Shown here: positions 39,093-52,907 of the stretch, piece after piece | Position numbering within the stretch: the stretch's first letter is position 1 | Layout: every line of letters begins with the position of its first letter | Origin: Octopus sinensis | Lineage: Eukaryota | DNA: 64,000 bases | Assembly (NCBI RefSeq): GCF_006345805.1 | Contig: NC_043014.1 | Coordinates: 54,436,001 to 54,500,000 of the forward strand | Reading direction: 5' to 3' | Made by a program: the position numbers and the translations under genes | Notes under the pieces: generated by a model | The model's database searches: none | Seen by the model: only the letters and a program-made list of their open reading frames with translations | Told to the model about the DNA's origin: nothing

Positions 39093-41179
39093 TAATATTT
39101 CTTTCTTTCTCCTTTTTTGTGAGTATCCATAACTGAATGGGACCACAACTATTCTTCCTTCGCAGGGTCTGTGGGTTCAAGCCTAACCATTTCAACTTTT
39201 CTCAGATATGAAAATAAGAATATCAAGATTTAGTAAAGCTTTACCGATGGAGTCATACAGAAATAGAAGATTATCATAATTAAATTATAATTATCATAAT
39301 TAAATTACGTCTTCAATTTTGTTCTATATTGAGATTGTTTATTTTTTAATATAAAAAATAATAGTTAACGATTCTCAAGGTAAAAGAGGGGACAAAAGTA
39401 TAACAAGGAATGTAGCTTTCAGAGGTGCTGTTGCCTATGACTGCACATTCAGCACTACCCTGCCTTGGTGGACTTTTACACTGTCTAAAGAATCAAATGT
39501 TTGACACAAAATACAATTTCAAAGAAATTATGCATTTCATGGTTCTCTTTTACACTTTTCAAAACAATTAAGTAATTTATCATAAATGTAATTACTTGTA
39601 TCATTAACGATGTGTGTGACATGGTGACCTCGTATCAAAATAAACAGCACATGACTTTTCAGGTGTGGCCCAGTTAGAATTTTCTTCTGGTTGAGAAGCC
39701 CATTCAACTCAAAAGGTCTCTGAATATGAGTGTTCAAGAATGATGAATGAGACACCCATGATTCCAGGGGTGAATTATTCAAACCCCAAAGAAACCCTCT
39801 CAACACATGGCTATGGTGCCCCCCCCCAACTACTCCTGCTCATGATCAGAGATGCACATAACGTCAGCCACTAAGGGAAATGCTCAACTGGTGAAGGTCA
39901 AACAACTGACAAGCAAATCTGTGGTAGTGAGCAGAATATTTGCTGTAGCCCATCTTTTATACCAAGACGAAACATGTACATGATAACTTGTTGTTATTAT
40001 TATTACTAAAGTGGCAAGTTGGCAGAATCGTTAGCATGCTGGGCAAAATGCTTAGCAGCATTTCATCCATGTTTATGCTCTGAGTTCAAATTCCACCAAG
40101 GTTGATCTTTGCTTCCACCCTTTCAGGGTCATCATCATCATTGTTTAACGTCCGTTTTCCATGCTAGCATGGGTTGGACGATTTTGACTGAGGACTGGCG
40201 AACCAGATGGCTGCACCAGGTTCCAATCTTGATCTGGCAGAGTTTCTACAGCTGGATGCCCTTCCTAACGCCAACCACTCCAAAAGCGTAGTGGGTGTTT
40301 CTTACATGCCACCGGCATGAGGCCAGTCAGGCGGTACTGGCAACGACCTCGCTCAAATCTTTTTACACATGCCACCGGCACAGGTGCCAGTAAGGTGACA
40401 CTGGTAACAATCACTCTCAAATGGTGCCTTTTACGTGCCACCGGCATGGAAACCCCTTAGCTGCTCTGGCAACGATCATGCTCGGATGGTACTACCTGTC
40501 AAGGATTGAGGTTGATGTAATTGACTTCTCCTTCCCTCAGAATTGCTAACCTGCCCACACACAAAGCCTACCTTCTCTGTTTACCTGCATCTAATTCCAC
40601 TTACACCTCTTCTGTTGTTACAGCATTTGGAGTTTCTACAGATTCTGTCTTTGCATATCAAGCAAAGCCAATTCTCTGATGATACTAAGGTCTTGTCTTC
40701 TTTCCTACTTACTAACACCTTAATCTAGGCCAAGATTTCCTCAAGGATTTCTATAAATTTAAGGTTCTGCATCCACATCGAGCTGTGTGGTTAGGGAGCT
40801 TACTTCCTAGCTACATGGATTCGAGTTCAGTCCCACTGCGTGGCACTTTAGGCAGGTGTCTTCTACTATAGCCCCGAGCTTTGTGATTGAATTCGGTAGG
40901 CGGAAGTTACTGCTGTGTGTGTATGTGTGCGTATAGCTGCTCAGTACCTCTCCGAAAGAGAGAGAGAGGGAAAATTCTATTATAGATTGAGCTGAGAGAA
41001 CTCGATGCCAATAACATTACAAAAGGAGCTTTCACAGACAACTGTGATGGCCTGCAGGGTCATAATGAACAAGACAGGGCTGAACTCTGAGTCTTGATGG
41101 ACCCCTACTATCAGGTTGAAGTTGTTGCTAAACTCAACATTGACTGACACTACTTACTGCACCTTAATACACAGCTTGT

Positions 41180-42400
41180 ACTGCCTTCGTCTACAACTTG
41201 TTTTGTCAGTGACCACCAGATTACTCAGTTTGGCACCTTGTTAAGGACCTCCAAATCTACATAGAGTGACTTACTTGAAGCTGAGCATTTCTGCAGTTAC
41301 CTTACTAAGAAGATAGCATCTCTGACATCCCTTCCAAACATAAAACCAAGCTGCATCTCCTCGAGTCCAACTGCATCAGATCAACTATACAATGGCACCG
41401 TGACTTCAATAGCTGCTCTAACAATTTGATGCCTCTGTAATTTCTCTCTCTAAGACATCTCCTTGTCCTGGTTGGTAGATTACAATGACACCGCTGCACC
41501 AGTCAGTGCATACAGGACTCTTCCATTGCTAGATTAAGTATCTGGGTGAGACAAGAATATATCTCACTTAGCCTCATACCTATTTCTTTACTACCCACAA
41601 GGGGCTAAACACAGAGAGGGCAAACAAATGGATTAAGTCGATTATATCGACCCCAGTGCGTAACTGGTACTTATTGAATCGACCCCGAAAGGATGAAAGG
41701 CAAAGTCGACCTCGGCGGAATCTGAACTCAGAATGTAACGGCAGACGAAATACCGCTAAGCATTTCGCCTGTTGTACTATCATTTCTGCCAGATTACCGC
41801 CTTAATTACTAAGATTACTTAGCCTCATACCATTAACAACTCAATGACTATTCTTAATGGACCAGTAACTATCCTCACCTTCAAGTCCTTCACTCTGTTA
41901 CACTGCAGAAAGCTCACCTGCCGTTTCCTCTGTTGGGTCAGCATGTGGTTGACCCTCTTCAGCCCAAGCATTCTCTCATAACAGCACTTCTCTGCTCCTT
42001 TCTTGATACCAGCTTTAACAACAAGTATGTCTTCATCATTCTGGATATACTCCTCCCCCAATGACACCTCAGTTTACTCCGGCACCGTCTTATAATCCCG
42101 AACACCTCAAATCTCTCATCTTCACATCACAGAACACATGCAAATCTCCTCCTTTCGGTTTTTCCTAGGCTGAGTATACCCGACACCAAGATTCTCTTCT
42201 GCCTACTTGATAACGCTCTCTGCTTCTACCTCCCTTCCAGACATTCCAAACCTGTTTCTTAGCCATTATAGATCTATTGTATCACTCCATCATCATGTCA
42301 CCTGTTTGGCCAGGATCTTACAATGGTGACCATACATCTCACCTGTAGGGATCACAAGGTATTTTATAGCAATTCCAAGTTGCCATCTGCACCATAATGC
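41180..42400 (-). mobile_element. Degraded RTE LINE fragment interrupted by a SINE (41580-41802)
   Basis: NYRGIKLLEQ and related RT-upstream motifs; the SINE is flanked by duplicated actt/cttagcctcatacc. Confidence 0.6.
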
Positions 42401-42633
42401 TAGGTAAGTGCCTGTCTCCTCTTTACTATTATGTGCAACAACTAGAATTTTCTGTGTGTATGCATACATATCATCATCTAACGTCCGCTTTCCATGCTAG
42501 CATGGGTTGGATGATTTTGACTGAGGCCTGGCAAACCAGATGGCTGCACCAGGCTCCAATCTTGATCTGGCAGAGTTTCTACAGCTGGATGCCCTTCCTA
42601 ACGCCAACCACTCCGAGAGTGTAGTGGGTGCTT

Positions 42634-42687
<54 letters not shown>

Positions 42688-42707
42688 ATATATGCAAAGA
42701 CATCACA

Positions 42708-42753
42708 AAAACTGTTACTCAGAGTTTCACATTTCTGTTCATCGGACAGTTTT
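42708..42753 (-). ncRNA. Type I hammerhead motif, one core substitution
   Basis: AAAACTGT CCGATGA aca-gaaa-tgt GAAA CTC t GAG TA ACAGTTTT; 8-bp stem I, GUA triplet; adjacent inverted partial copy retains CTGATGA. Confidence 0.6.
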
Positions 42754-43299
42754 GGTCAAGAACCAAAACTGTCTGATGAACACACACACATGTAATGAAC
42801 TCTGTCCCTTAAATTCACCTGCAAGGCATTGGTCAGTCCGAAGAAGCAATATTAGAGGACACCAGTTCTAGAATATTCAGAATGGCTCATCGCATATAAG
42901 TGTGCCATCAAGCCTTGCTTCCTACATATTTGGTCAATGCCCAAATATATGGCAGCAACAGCCATGCAATAATAATAATTCCACACTGGCCCAGAGGAAA
43001 TTTTTCTTAAGAACTTCTGATTCACACCTCCCTGCTGTGTTTTTTTTTTTTTTTTAAAGGAAGAAAGATATTGGATAATGTAGTGAGAGATAAACTATGT
43101 ATGTAAAGCTGGGATGGTCATGGCTAGAAGGCCTTTGATCATAAATCTGTCCAAACAGGACACACAACACATCCTGTTGAACCAAAGTTTACAAGTAGTC
43201 ATTTAACTCTTCAGCATTAAAACTTGGCATTTCTGGCTTAAATATTCTGTTTTACGTTCAGAATAGTCAGATCAGGCCTCTCACACCTACCCTACAATC

Positions 43300-43815
43300 A
43301 TCATCATCATCATCGTTTAACGTCTGCTTTCCATGCTAGCATGGGTTGGACGATTTTGACTGAGGGCTGGCGAACCAGATGGCAGCACCAAGCTCCAGTC
43401 TGATCTGGCAGAGTTTCTACAGCTGGATGCCCTTCCTAACGCCAACCACTCCGAGAGTGTAGTGGGTGCTTTTTACGTGCCCCCGGCACGGGACCAGCCA
43501 GGTGGTACTGGCAGTGACCTCTCTCTAATCTTTTTACACATGCCACCGGCACAGGTGCCAGTAAGGCAATGCTGGTAACGATCACGTTCGAATGGTGCCC
43601 TTTTACGTGCCACCAACACGGAAGCCAGTTAGCCCCTCTGGCAATGACCACGCTCGGATGGTGCTCTCAGCACTCTACTAGCATGGGGCACAAGTGCCAG
43701 TAAGGTGACGCTGGTAACGATCACACTCGACTGGTGCCTTTTATGTGCCACTGGCACGGAAGCCGGTTAGCCGCTCTGTCAACGATCACACTCGTATGCT
43801 CTTTGCGCCCTGCTA
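43300..43815 (-). mobile_element. Repeat family C with (GAT)n tail and internal ~60-bp subrepeats (other copies near 9340, 11320, 12480, 29480, 30700, 33100, 40130, 42470, 55545)
   Basis: Shared catcatcgtttaacgtccgctttccatgctagcatgggttgga...ggatgcccttcctaacgccaacc; also adjoins RTE 3' ends. Confidence 0.75.
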
Positions 43816-46800
43816 GAAATAAACAATCACATCATCGGAATCTCCAAGTTACAAGACAAAGCATGAATAATTAAAAACCATGGAAATAAATAAGCATTGC
43901 ATTTAACGATGTCCCTTGATTGCTGATGGGTTGTCTTTTATATCTACAGAAAATGCAAGACATAGAATATAGGCCTTGATGGTAAAGGCAGTACTGTTAG
44001 GGCACCAGACAAAATGCCTTGTGGTATTTAATTATGGCCCTTCATGTTACAAGTCCAAATCCCGCCAAGGTCAACCATGTCTTGCTGAGAACATACATCA
44101 CCAATCAAGTACTCAGGTTGGTTTTAACTAAACTGCACTCCCCTCGAAAAATCTGTGGCTGTGTGCCAGCCAGTAATAGAAATCAATACTCGATAATATT
44201 TCTAACAAACACCATTTACAATTATGAAATGAGGCTGGCATTAATTTTTCATCAATGGAAACCGAGAAACACAACCACCACACAATCAATAGTTTCTCAC
44301 TTACCCTGTCTTCATCACTTCCCCTATAAAGATCCCTACCCCTTCTCTCTTAGATTCTGCTCAGCCCCTTTCAATGAAAAATGTGACCTGATGAGGACGA
44401 GAGTCTCTATGTACTCTTACTCTTTTACTTGTTTCAGTCATTTGACTGCGGCCATGCTGGAGCACCGCCTTTTAATTGACCCCGGGACTTATTCTTTGTA
44501 AGCCCAGTACTTATTCTAACGGTCTCTTTTGCCGAACCGCTAAGTGACGGGGACGTAAACACACCAGCATCCATTGTCAAACAATGCTAGGGGGACAAAC
44601 ACAAAAACAAAACAAAAAAAAAACACATATATACGACAGGCTTCTTTCAAGTTTCCGTCTACCAAATCCACTCACAAGGCATTGGTCGGCCCGGGGCTAT
44701 AGCAGAAGACACTTGCCCAAGATGCCACGCAGCGGGACTGAACCCGGAACCATGTGGTTGGTTAGCAAGCTACTTACCACACAGCCACTCCTGCGCCTAT
44801 GGTTACTCTTCCTGCTAAAAATAGTAGCCAAATCTCTCGAATTACACCCTAGAGTCATAAATAAGGAAAGGGCGCACTGGATGATGTAGGCTTAAATGTA
44901 GTCCCTAGAATGAAGGTGGAATGTTTTTGATCATAAGTAGGTCTGCTTGCAATTAGTGTTAACCTGAGATTTACTTTTTTCCTTCCTGTATCTCAGTCAG
45001 GCCAGACACAACTCTTTACACCTTTGGTTGTCTCGTGTATATCCTGCTGATGTTTGTCATACATCAACTATGACATAACAGTGAAGTGGCAGAGTTGATA
45101 GGGCATCAGACGAATATTTTGCAAGATTTCTTTTTAGCTCTCTGTGTCCTGAATTCAAGGCCCACTGTCTGTCTCTGCACAAACAGGTCCTTGAAGATTT
45201 GGAAAAAAAAAACAGTAAGAGGTTTGGGTTTGTAAAGTCCTTAAGGTAAAGCCCAAGAAATTTAGCTTATCATTCTATGTGTGTGTGTTTGTATGCAATA
45301 GTTGTGAGCACCACCCTCATATCAGCAGTCATTCATTTCTGGTTTTCTGTGAAAACATGTCCAGCTGTGGGAAAATACCTTGTTTAGAAACAGGTACTGG
45401 GTTGGCGGTAGGAAAGGCATCCAGCCATAGAAAATCTGCTTCAACGAATTCAGTCTGACCCATGCAAGCATGGAAAAGTGGACGTTAAAACTGATGCTTC
45501 TTCTCATGACAGAACACCATGGCAAAAGATGAGGATGCAAGGGCAGTGTCAGCCTGTCTCCTCAGTGTGGAAGAGCGAGCCTCTACATGGTTGCTCTATT
45601 TGCTAGAAATAGCAGTATCCAGACATCGTTGATTATAGGTCTGCTCAGTGAAGGATCATTTGGAGCTAGACAACATTTTGTCACAGTAGCAATTCCTATA
45701 CCATACCCACACAGATACTCAATTCACTTTCACACGGGTAACTAGGAGAAATACAACAAAAATTCAAAAGTAAACACAATTTTGGCTCCCTACTTTAAGT
45801 TTGGGAGACTGCACTTAACTGTATAGCGTTTATGCAGAAAGCATTCCAAGGAAATTTCCTTGGGTCGTATAATTATCCTTGTCGAACATAACGAAAATAT
45901 ATCTCAAATAAAAAACCGATTTAAACACATCCGTATTTTTATTATCAAAAACACTAGACTAATACGAGGTCACCCTTCTTCCCATTGCATCATTAGACAT
46001 CTATTTCCAGTGTAGCTAAATCCATTAAGTGCAGGACTTCAGAAAATAACATTGCTACCTTTCATATATTTATTAATTTATTCTTCAATGGGTGAGAGGA
46101 ATGGCCACCACCCATTAAGTGTTGAAATCTTCCGAGAGGAAAGGCGGAAGTTTATTTCGGAGAGGACCCCCTGGCCCCGATTGCGTGCAACAAGAGGGGC
46201 TCTCTGCCAAAGGGCACTCACGAGAGAGATTTAAGCACTACAAGCCACGAACAGGAAACGGTCTCTCCGACGACGGGCTTCCGTGTAGTTTCCGTCTCAT
46301 CTTCGTTCAAGCCGCCATGCAGTCTAACAGAACCTGGTATCGTTTAAGGCCACAGCAATTTCTTTTCTTTCTTTGGATTAATGTCTTCTAACCGCAGCAC
46401 TTTAATCTTGTTGTAAACCTAAAACTTATTTTGATGTCATTTCACAAAATTTAGGACGAAAAATAGACAGTTTCATAAACCAAATATTTTAAAAAAATTT
46501 TGCAGCTTCTATACAGAGTTGCTTTGAGTTCATTATAATTCCATTCCTGTCTAAAATGCATTATATATATATATATATACATATATAAAATAGGAATATA
46601 AACTAGCCACAACACTTGGCAGGGAGCCTCTACTAGGTCACTTAATCCGGTAGAAATGGCAGCTTAATCGCCCTCTATTGTCGTAAAAGGATACAATAGG
46701 TAATCTAAACCTAAACAACACGGTATGGCCATGGCTTGAACGCCTCTGATCATAGGTCTCCTTAGTAAGTGATGACCTAGGGCTAAACAGACACTTTAAA

Positions 46801-48549
46801 TGCAAAGTTGATCTCTAGGCGGGATTTGAACAGATAGAATTTTAGAACCTTAACAGGAAAGAGAGAGAAATAATGAGGATTCGGTCCCGGGAGGGAGGGT
46901 AATTAATTGTGTATAATAAACAACATAATTAGACGGATATTATTAATATTTATTAGAATCAGATAAATGGCACGTGCTAGGAGTCGAAATTAATTTTTTA
47001 AAAAAAGGGAAAAAAGACCACAGTACAAAGAGATGGAAAAGAACGGAAGACAGCACATGGAAACGATGAGGGGGGAAGAAAAAACCATAGAATTAAAGCA
47101 ATTTTATACTCTGTTGATTTTTTTATCATGGATTGGAAAAAAAAAAATTCTACGTTCGATCTTTTATGGACGGCAAAAGATGGAAATATACATAAATATA
47201 TTCTACAACTACATGTATTGATTATATATATATATCCGTTTCCCATTCGTATATCCAAACGTGCGTGTATATATCTGTATATATATACATATATATATAG
47301 GTGTGTGTATATATATATATATAGGTGGTATATATATATATATATATAGGTGTGTATATATATATATATATAGGTGTGTATATATATATATATAGGTGTG
47401 TATATATATATATATAGGTGTGTATATATATATATATGGTGTGTATATATATATATATATAGGTGTGTCTATATATATATAATATATTATATAATATATA
47501 TATATATATAGATGGTGTGTGATATATATGTATATATATCGTGGAGCTGCTGATTCAGTTAGTCGCTAATTTCTTGTTACGTGAGATCCTCCAGGTACCA
47601 AAAAGATGGAATATATAAATGACTATACCACGGTAAGGTGTGTATATGTGACAGAGGAGAGAGAGAGTGTGTGTGTGTATATATATATTATATATACACA
47701 CCACAGTGTATATATGTGTGTGTGTACATTATACTGTAAATTTAGGGTGAATATTTGATAAGTGTAAGCATCTGTGTATGCCAGATAGTGGCAGAGGTGA
47801 GAGAGAATATATCAAATAAAATTAAAAACAGAACACAAAGGATGTGTGTATATTATACACACACATATATATATATATATATATATGTGTGTGTATATAT
47901 ACACACGAAGACTGAAGGCTCCCAGTATAGGTTATTATAATTCGCTGTCAGTGACGGTTTACAAATTGTAAACGATTCTGTGTTTGTGGTGGAAATCAAT
48001 TCTTGGTTAATGAAGTCTTTTTGAGATGGAAAAAAATGTTGCAGTCGTTTCATATTTCGGTTCCAGGTGGAAGTCGGACGAGACACAATAAACAAGGTGT
48101 ACACAAAGCAGGTAAATTAATTAATTAGAATGAAAGAAAGGAAGGAAAAATGATGAGAGAGAAGGAAGCGAAGAGAAGCCAGAAGCGAAACCTTTGCTGA
48201 ATCGTTCAAGTAGAGCTGAATACGGACACACAGAGGCATCCAAACATGACCATCGCTAAATCTTGTCGAAACGAAAGAACGGAGCAACAACGAAAAGGAC
48301 ATATTAATTGACGATGCAATCCGGTCGTTAATTTCGCAAAAGAATCCCCGGACATTTTCGGGAGAATATATTTAGACGAGAATCCGAAACCGCCCGAATT
48401 TTAAACCAAATTTTTTTACCAGCTCAGTTTTAAAATCGCGAGAGCTAGGCTCAAGATCGCACAATGTACCCGTCGGACTATATTCCACATTGATTCTAAA
48501 TCGGCAATGGGAAAATTTACAAAAATGCAATCGTAGCTTTGTCGCTTAC

Positions 48550-48640
48550 CTTAAATAATGTTTGCAACGAATAGGAATAAATAAATTAGAACACCATCGC
48601 TCCGTATCCTTTCTAGATGCGGCTACAAAATGGCTTCCAC
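48550..48640 (-). other. Putative non-coding first (5'UTR) exon of the ZFAT-like gene
   Basis: AAG|GTAAGC donor after 48550 inside a CpG-retaining island; coding exon 1 starts with an acceptor 7 nt before its ATG, so an upstream exon is needed; 5' limit approximate. Confidence 0.55.
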
Positions 48641-48680
48641 TTTGTTCTCGACATGTAACGTAGCCAAGTCACGTGGTCTG
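48620..48680. promoter_or_regulatory. Candidate (possibly bidirectional) promoter with YY1-like and E-box motifs
   Basis: CAAAATGGC (YY1-like) at about 48626-48634 and GTCACGTG E-box at about 48668-48675 in CpG-rich unique sequence. Confidence 0.45.
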
Positions 48681-48979
48681 TCTTTGCAATGAGGCAGGTC
48701 AGGGGTTCCAACCCACGTCTCGGAAGACACACATATACACACACACACACATATCTACTATTATTTTATTTATTTTATTGGTTTCAGTCGTTGCACTGCA
48801 GGCCATGTTGGGGATTTTTTCAAGTTGAACATTATCAGCTCAACGATTTATTTTTATCAATCTTTGTGGTTTAAGATAAACTTTCTTAACGCAAAGGGAC
48901 GCAACTCGACGTCCTGTTTTTACCTCGACACACGAATACAACAAGCACATAGACATATCTATATACATGTGCATGTGAA

Positions 48980-49361
48980 ATGCTATATATATATATATAT
49001 AATATATATATATATGCGTATATATATGTATGTGTATATATGTATGTATGTGTATATATGTATGTGTATATATGTATGTATGTGTATATATATGTATGTA
49101 TGTGTATATATGTATGTATGTTGTATATATATGTATGTCTATATATATATATGCTATGTATGTATATATATATGTATGTATATATATATATATGTATGTA
49201 TAAATATATATGTATGTATATATGTGTGCGTGTATATATATATATATATTAAATATATATATATATATATAATAAATATTATATATATATATAATATATA
49301 AATATATATATATAAATATATATATATAAATATATATATATAAATATATATATATATAAAT

Positions 49362-49443
<82 letters not shown>

Positions 49444-49470
49444 ATGTATGTATGTATGTATGCATATATA
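48980..49470. repeat. (TA)n/(TATG)n microsatellite block
   Basis: Direct reading. Confidence 0.95.
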
Positions 49471-51347
49471 CAGAGAGGGAGAGAGAGGGGGGTAGCGTTG
49501 AGTTCCGTGTTCCTGCTTTTCGACAACGATCGTGTTGAAAAGCGGGACCGCGAAACCCAACTCGCTGCGATTGTAACCCGCACACATACCGATATGATAT
49601 ATAAACTAAATGCATTTGTAACGAATTAGAGTCGGGGATTAGCTTGTGCGCCAAAACCTGTAATTTTTTTCTGATGTGTTTTTTTAAGTATCAAAGATTA
49701 CGAAACTGATTAAGTAAATAAATAAAAAAAGATTGGGATTTCCCCGAAAAATCTTTCCGTAATTTTTCGGTCTTTGACATACTTTTCGAAAAAATATTTT
49801 TTTTCTTCAGATCTATCTTTACAACATCTGTTAATAGTTTTATAGTATGAGTTTATAGTTCTTCGAAAATATGCATATTTCATAAATCTAAAAAACAAAA
49901 ATTGCAAAAAACTGAAACCGAAAAAATTTTTGACAGTGGGAAGGGTGGTTCGAAACACCAACTCAGGTGTTTATTTTATTTTATTTTATTTCCAAATTCA
50001 TGTTCTGTAATGCTTAAGATAATTTCCGACTCTATTCTTCACGAATGCCTATATAGAAACCAATCTTTTACAATTGTATATAAATAATTATACACGGTGG
50101 AAGATCCTCTCCACAAAGTAATTTAAACCCGTGGCTACCCAGGTGCAGCACAATCTTGGGGTAAAATATATTTTAGCTGAGTAAAATGTTTAGTATTACT
50201 TTTCAAGGTTTTGTTTCTGTTATTTTTCCTTTTGTCCCAGCAGGAATTCGTATTTCTGACGATGGAGAGAAAGCTCTCCCTATCTCTTCCTCATTCTTGC
50301 AGGAAGCGAAATCTCATGAAGGAACCTTAGAATTCTAAACAAAACATCACAGCAATGGAATATAATCGAACCATCTTCTGGATCGATTTTGTCTCCGATC
50401 ATCAGATCATCATCATCATCAGTTTACTTTAATAAAGAATTCAAGGACTGTTTGTTTATTTTGATATTTTGGAAAAAAATATAAAGGCACTGGTCGAAAG
50501 CATGGTATTTCTAACGTAAACACACCTTTTAATGGATTTCTTGGTTTATGCAAAAAATGGCGCGGTTTTGGTCGGGTTTCAGGCGAAAATAAACAAACAT
50601 TTGAAATGTTTTTATGCAGCTAAAATATATTTTAGCTATAATTCCCTTATATTGTTAACAGCCTATCGATAAGATTGCAATCATATATTTATATATTGTT
50701 ACATAATTTTTTGGTTCGTTATTTCAATACTTAATTTTCGTAAATATTTCTTAGTTCTAAATCTTATCAATAATTCTATATTGACAATTAAAGAAATTAT
50801 CTTTAAAATCTGACGGTCAAAGTGAAAAGATCCATTAAATCAAGTACCTAAATCTCAAAGAGATCCAGTATTTGAATGGTGCTTTGTTTTTATCGACCCC
50901 GAAAGGGGAAAAAAAAAGAGACAAAATTGGATTCGACAACATTCGAACTCAGAACGTAATGGGCTGTAACGAGTTTTCATTTTCATTTTTGAAAAACTTT
51001 TGATTTGACATCGTTTTAATTGATTTAAGCAAAATAAATAATTTTAAAAAAAAGGATTTTCGTAAATGGAATCGCATCAAATGATAAACACGTTTTGGTT
51101 TTCACAGCGTGTTCGTCTCTCTTTTGGCTTTCATGTAATAACATTCTTCCATTCACATCTAGGATGCTTTATAGGAAGAATTCTATAACAAACCAAGTAC
51201 TTAAATGAGGGTTTATTTTATTATTATTAACCCCGAAAAGATAAACAGGTTATTTGGGAATTCTGCAGAATTCGAACTCAACACTGAAGGGGAGATAACT
51301 AAGTACTTCTGCTTCAAAACCTGATCTGACTCCAAGAATATTCTTAA

Positions 51348-51781
51348 CCCTTTCGTTACTGTATTTATTTCGAGATGCTCTCTGTTTCTTTTAATTAATT
51401 TTAAATATAACAAAGAATTTAGTAAAATAATTTGGTTATCATTCAGTTAGTGTTAAGAACATAAATTGTGACTAAGGTTTGGTGGAAGATTTTAATTCCA
51501 AACTTTTGAAAACAAGACATTTGTACTACAGAGCCAGAGCCGGTTTTGGCCGAGTCTACAGCAGTGGTTTTCAACCAGGGTTCCGCCAGTACAGTCCAGG
51601 GGTTCCGCAAGAAGTTACAAAACTTCTAAAATCGGCTGTAATTTTTAATTCTCCTGTGCAGATATGTGTGCATAAGACTATTAAATTATTGCACAGGGGT
51701 TCCTCGAGCCAATGGAACGTTTCCTTGGGGTTTCGCTCCATCAAAAAGTTTGAAAAGCACTGGTCTACAGAAACGAAAGGG
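51348..51781. mobile_element. Second piggyBac-like MITE copy carrying a nested hAT-like MITE
   Basis: Homologous to 29747-29957; interrupted at 51562-51762. Confidence 0.8.
51562..51762. mobile_element. hAT-like MITE
   Basis: CAGTGGTTTTCAA...TTGAAAAGCACTG termini with perfect 8-bp TSD GTCTACAG. Confidence 0.88.
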
Positions 51782-52157
51782 AATCGGTTTCATCAGCAAA
51801 GTTTAAATTAAAAATGTTTCGGTAAAACTTCTTTTGAGAAAATATAATCCTTGTAATATATATATTTTTATATATTATTGATAGCTTTATAATTTATAAA
51901 CGTGGGATAATTCATTTTTGGAATTGGATCTCGAAGTGCATATGAAGCTATAAATAGTACTCTTTTACTTGTTTCAGTCATTTGGCTGTGGCCATGCTGG
52001 AGCACCGCTTTTAGTCAATCGAGAAAATCGACCCCGGGACTTATTCTTTTGTAAGCCCAGTACTTATTCTATTGGTCTCTTTTGCCGAACCGCTAAGTTA
52101 TAGGGATGTAAACTCACTAGCATCGGTTGTCAAGCAATGTTGGGGGGACAAACACAG

Positions 52158-52202
<45 letters not shown>

Positions 52203-52907
52203 CGACGGGCTTCTTTCAGTTTCCGTCTACCAAATCTACTCACAAGGCTTTGGTCGGCCTGAGGCTATAGTAGAAGACACTTGCCCAAGGTGCCACGCAG
52301 TGGGACTGAACCCAGAACCATGTGGTTTGTAAGCAAGCTACTTACTACACAGTCACTCCTACACCTATATAGGGGAAATTTTGCAAGTACATCCCCACCC
52401 GGTTCACAAAGAAAAAAGCAATCTCGGATACGTAATAGGGGAGAGAGGTATTTAAGTAATTACCGAAAGAGGGAGGAAAATCGTTTTGGAGTATTTCATG
52501 GTCAGTTCCTAATTATAACGGTAAATCGTAAATGTTGGGTTGAAAAACTCTTTTAGATAGAAAAAGTCGAAGGCCACCTGTAGGACTCAGACTCACCTCT
52601 CCTGTAAACATATATGAAACGCATATAGAAGTATGTATGTATACATACATACTTGTATATGCGCTTCATATACACAGTTATACATTTTGTATTTTCTGGA
52701 ATACAAATTGACATAGCATATGGTCTAAACCTGTACTGTAAGCATTTGAACATTGTTTCATATATATTTATATATATACATACATTTAATATATATTATA
52801 TATATACATACATACATTATATATATATATATTATATATATATATATATATCGCCGCCGCCGCAGCACCACCACACACCTATGGCACTGGCACCGTTAGC
52901 TACAATG

